This document shows positions 60,143 to 64,000 of a DNA stretch of 64,000 nucleotides, one piece after another. The notes beneath the pieces were generated by a model. The model was given only the letters and a program-made list of their open reading frames with translations. It had not been told where the DNA came from and made no database searches. Origin of the DNA: Salpingoeca rosetta. Lineage: Eukaryota; Protista; Choanoflagellata. The translations under genes were made by a program, and so were the position numbers. The stretch covers positions 1,394,473-1,458,472 of the forward strand of contig JAWQFM010000003.1 in the NCBI GenBank assembly GCA_033442325.1, given 5' to 3'. How positions within the stretch are numbered: position 1 is the first letter of the stretch; every line of letters starts with the position of its first letter.

Positions 60143-63100
60143 CGTGAAGATTTGCGATGGAGTGGAGGGCACGTGACCGGGGACAGAGGAGGTGCGACGC
60201 GACTGCACACGCATGTCCTTATGGCGCTCCTGCCACGGAAGTGGATTCCTGTCAAACGTGAGTTTCGCGCGGTTGACGAGTGACTCATCATACTCCTCTG
60301 GCTCCCGGATCGTGCTGACGGTTGGGCGGCTCAGGTCCACGCTGACGCGCGTGTTGGTGTCAAAGCCATTGCGTGTGCGGAAGCGGCGCTCAGATGCACG
60401 GCGCTCCTTCTGTTGGTGTGCGCACGTGGTCGGTTGTGTGTGGGTGTGTGGGGGGGGGTGTGGGTGTGTGGGTGTGTGTAGGTGTGGGTGTGGGTGCGTG
60501 GATTGGTGAGAGACAGGCAGAGAGAGAGAGAGAGAGCTCATTTCAGGAGAAGCACGTTGAGTGATTGCATGGAATACAAGCGCACACAACACACCACACA
60601 CACACGCATGCATCTACACGCAAACACACACATGCTCTCTCTTCCTTTCTCTCATCAGCACACACACATCTGTCCCAGCACTCGCTCACACAACCACACA
60701 CACGCACTCTCACACCACAACCCTAGTTCACGCACACCCTCGACTGCCACGGCTCTCCACGCTCTGCCATTCGCACCTTCTGAGCCGCCTCTGGGCTGTC
60801 GGCCACGGAGAACGAATTGTTGACGTGGTGCGTGTCGCTGTATGAGAACAGGCCCTTTCCGCCGTGGCGCTCAATCAGCGTGTGCTTGAGGTGTTCCCGT
60901 GCAAGCACAGACGTGTTTCGCCTCATGCTGCTGTAGTGGTGGTGTTCGTCCGGCACGTAGTACAGCACATTCTCGGCCTGGCTGGCGCGCGTGGCGTGGT
61001 TCATCTGCGACTGCCTGCGCACAGCCTGGATGTTGGATGTCATGTAATCCAACGGCTCGCGTGGCGTCTGCCTCCGCTTCTCAAACTCGGGGTTGGCCAT
61101 GTCCAGTGGCGGTTTGATGACGGGCCGGTAGCGTGCGCGTGTGTCCGTTGCGCGTGCGCTCGCCCTGACCAGATCGTCGAGGCCCTCAAGATCACCGGCA
61201 TCAAACGTCTGCCTTCGATCCTGCACAGCGTCGTCCTGCAGGGCGAATGTGCGCGCAACGCTGACGAGGTCTGTCACCGTTGGGAAGAGGCGGCCGCGAA
61301 CAACGGCCTTGATGCGCGTCAGGTGCTGCAGCTCGTGGATGCACGTCAGCCCTTGCAGGCACTGGTGCAGTGGGTGGCCCTGGGGTTGGGGGTTTGGTGT
61401 TGATGAAAATGGGGCTGTGAGTGAGACAGAGAGATGGAGAAACACACAGGCACCCAAACACATGGAGAGACAGAGATTGACACAAATAGAGAGTGAAGAA
61501 GAGAGCTGGTGGCAAAGGAAGTGACAAACAACGACAACTACAACAGCGACAGCGACAACGACAACGACGACAACCATAACAACGACAATGATAACAGCGA
61601 CGACGACAACGACAAACAACGCGATTTGACCACGCTCTACGTTGCCATACGTGAATGTAGAGTTCCTGCTGTGCGAGGTGATCCTCCACATCGACGGGAA
61701 TGCTGATGCGCTTGATGGCGATGCCAAACCACGTGTACAGCCGCTCAGCAAAGCCGAGCTGGCGGGACGGGAAAAGGTGGTGTGATGTCGAGGTGGAGGG
61801 GGACGAGGAGGAAGTGGTGTCAATGTGAGTAGGTTACGACAGCATGAAACAAGGGCAAACAGACCCCCCCCCCGCCTCTTGCTTTCGTGTACACAATCGC
61901 GCGCACATGCACACATACCAAAGTGCACAAGTACATGATGCAGGCAGTGGCAGTGACCTACCTTTGAGTTGTACATGGTGCGGAAGTTGAACACATCTGC
62001 GCTATCGGGCCAGCCAACGGTGGAGAGAAGATCATCTAGTGGCCCGTTCAACAAGCCCTCCAATATCAACACGATGTAGGACGGTGTCCTGGGGATGGGC
62101 GAAGATACAGAGAGGTGAGGTGAGGCGATGCTTGCATGCATGTGCTGTGCACATACGCAGACGAGGGCGCTCAAACCTATCGGAAACAGAGACGATCACC
62201 CACTCCAGAGCCACACCATGCACGCAAATCACGGGAAGCTACGCGCTACACACACACACGCACGCACCACACACACCACACACACCACAGACAGAGACAC
62301 ACGACCATTGCGCCAACTCACTCGATCTGCACGCCCGTGATGACGTTGAGGTCTGGATCCTCGCCCTGTTCCTCGGACAAGAAGTACGTGTCCAGCGCCG
62401 TTTTCCGTTCAGATGCGGGCAAACTGTCGTGTAGCAGGCAATACATACACGCACGCATGCACGCACGCACACAGAACAGAGCACAATATGTGTGGTGAGC
62501 GCGTAGGTCAACACATTTATTCAGGATGGAGTGACGTGACACAAACAGGCACAGGCATCACATCACGACAGCGGACGTGCACGCACGCACACACACATGC
62601 ACACACACTATTGCATTCGTGTGCAGGACTGAGCGCGGGATGACGCACATGTTGAGATCGAGAGTGGCCATGTTCAGGTCGTGGATGAGTGTACGAAGCT
62701 TTGTGATCCACACAATGAAATGCGGACGGCAAACAATCACCATTCGCCCAAATGGCCGTTTCACCCATTCGACTTCTAAAGAGTGGATAGATGTTGGGGA
62801 TGATGATGACAACAACAACAGCATCGTGGGTGCACATGTAAATAAAGTGCGTGTGTGTGCAGGAGATGCAAGGTATTTGCATGTGCATTCTCATGCCATG
62901 TCTGCACATATAGGTGCCAAGCTGGGCAAGTCTTGATCTGTGCGCATGAGTGTGTATGTGTGCTTGAGCAATCGTACCGCCTGCGGCGCCTGTATCTGCG
63001 GACGCGGCACGGGAACACGTGATGGCCGTGTATGCGCTCCCCGTCCTCGCACTCGCCGCTGTCGCACCGCTGACGGCCCGCTTGCCGCTCACGCTTCGTG

Positions 63101-63245
63101 CGGTCATGGTCGATGCTGGTCGCGATGACATTGGGCGCGGCACCGTGACCGATCGAATCGACGCCTTCTTGCGCCGCTTGCGGATCTCCTGCTCCGTGGC
63201 CACGCCGGCACGAATCAGCATCTGCCCGTCATCCACATCCTGCAG

Positions 63246-63290
<45 letters not shown>

Positions 63291-63308
63291 CGCGTGTGTG
63301 TGTGTGTG

Positions 63309-63359
<51 letters not shown>

Positions 63360-63656
63360 ACGCGTGTGTGTTTGTGAGAGAGTGAGAGAGAGTGTGTGTG
63401 TGTGTGAGGGTGTGTTAGCATGTGCGTTGGGATGTCGTCTAAGCAACGGCCGGTGACACAGCCAACACAGCAAACAGTACAGCATGGTACCCTGTAGAGT
63501 AGCAGTTGTGTCACCTCATCGAATCGACGCGGGTGCATCAGCTCAACCGTCACCTCGAGTGTGGACCCTAAACAGTGACATGGCAAGCAGTGAGCAGCAA
63601 CGTGCATGCATGTGGCATGATGCGTGCCGCACGACCCAAGGTTGTACATGTGTGCG

Positions 63657-63692
<36 letters not shown>

Positions 63693-64000
63693 CGTGCCGG
63701 TACCTGCACTGATGTAATGACCAGGGTGCATGGCTTTGCTTCCTTGTGATCCGTTGAGCGAAAACCGTTGAGGCTCTACGAGCATGACCACGACGTGAGC
63801 GTGTGTGGGAGTGTGCGTGTGAGTATGCGCGTGTGTGTATGAGCGTGTATGTGTGTGCCCATGCTTGTGTTGAGAGTGCACGTGTGAGGGTGCATGCGCT
63901 TGCGACAAGATTTGAGCATGCAACAGTACATGCGCGTGCACTTGTGTTCAACAGGGCCCGTGGTTCGGTCTTGCGAGCGTTCTCACCTCGTTCTTTGCAG
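59021..64000 (-). CDS. CFAP92-like (cilia/flagella-associated) protein, 3' part; 5' end outside window
   Basis: Spliced exons PFGRMVIV..DLNVITGVQI..IVLILEGL..MYNS..RLY..LYIH..RLFPT..HHYSSMRRNTSVLAREHL..FSYS..RNGF resemble, from memory, the CFAP92/KIAA1257 C-terminal region; last exon KPNEPLTLGHGTARSSYVPM*. A gene here is well supported; the family call is less so. Confidence 0.55.

Overview
Gene-dense, intron-rich eukaryotic genomic DNA with GC-rich exons, GT-AG introns (GTGCGT/GTACGT/GTGAG donors) packed with (GT)n/(CA)n/(CT)n/(GTT)n microsatellites, and three N gaps. Style and gene content suggest a choanoflagellate such as Salpingoeca (inference). Almost all ORFs in the supplied track are repeat read-through, so I built gene models by hand-splicing exons. 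Genes recognised, in order: 3' end of an unknown gene; a complete 5-exon selenoprotein K (in-frame UGA plus candidate SECIS); Max-like bHLH-Zip; MRPL27; an FHA-SIM-RING-zf-PARP protein; an SH3-PH-RPEL-RhoGAP; a TDG/MUG glycosylase; a ~33-exon IP3 receptor; an OXLD1-like protein with a repeated octapeptide; RPS2, whose intron carries a cluster of three box C/D snoRNAs; a PP2C-like phosphatase; EFHD/swiprosin; MRPS15; LSM1; an unknown multipass membrane protein; a DAPP1-like SH2-PH adaptor; and the 3' part of a CFAP92-like gene. Best leads: (1) tandem dual-guide snoRNA paralogues in one intron, where a 2-nt insertion retargets methylation within the peptidyl-transferase region and the guides predict C-to-U changes in the host 28S rRNA; (2) the SelK gene with SECIS and a post-UGA hairpin; (3) a putative SUMO-targeted E3 ligase with FHA and PARP-type zinc finger; (4) a 5' G/T versus 3' C/A polarity of intronic microsatellites that could fold introns. 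All family assignments are from motif recognition by eye; no database search was run.
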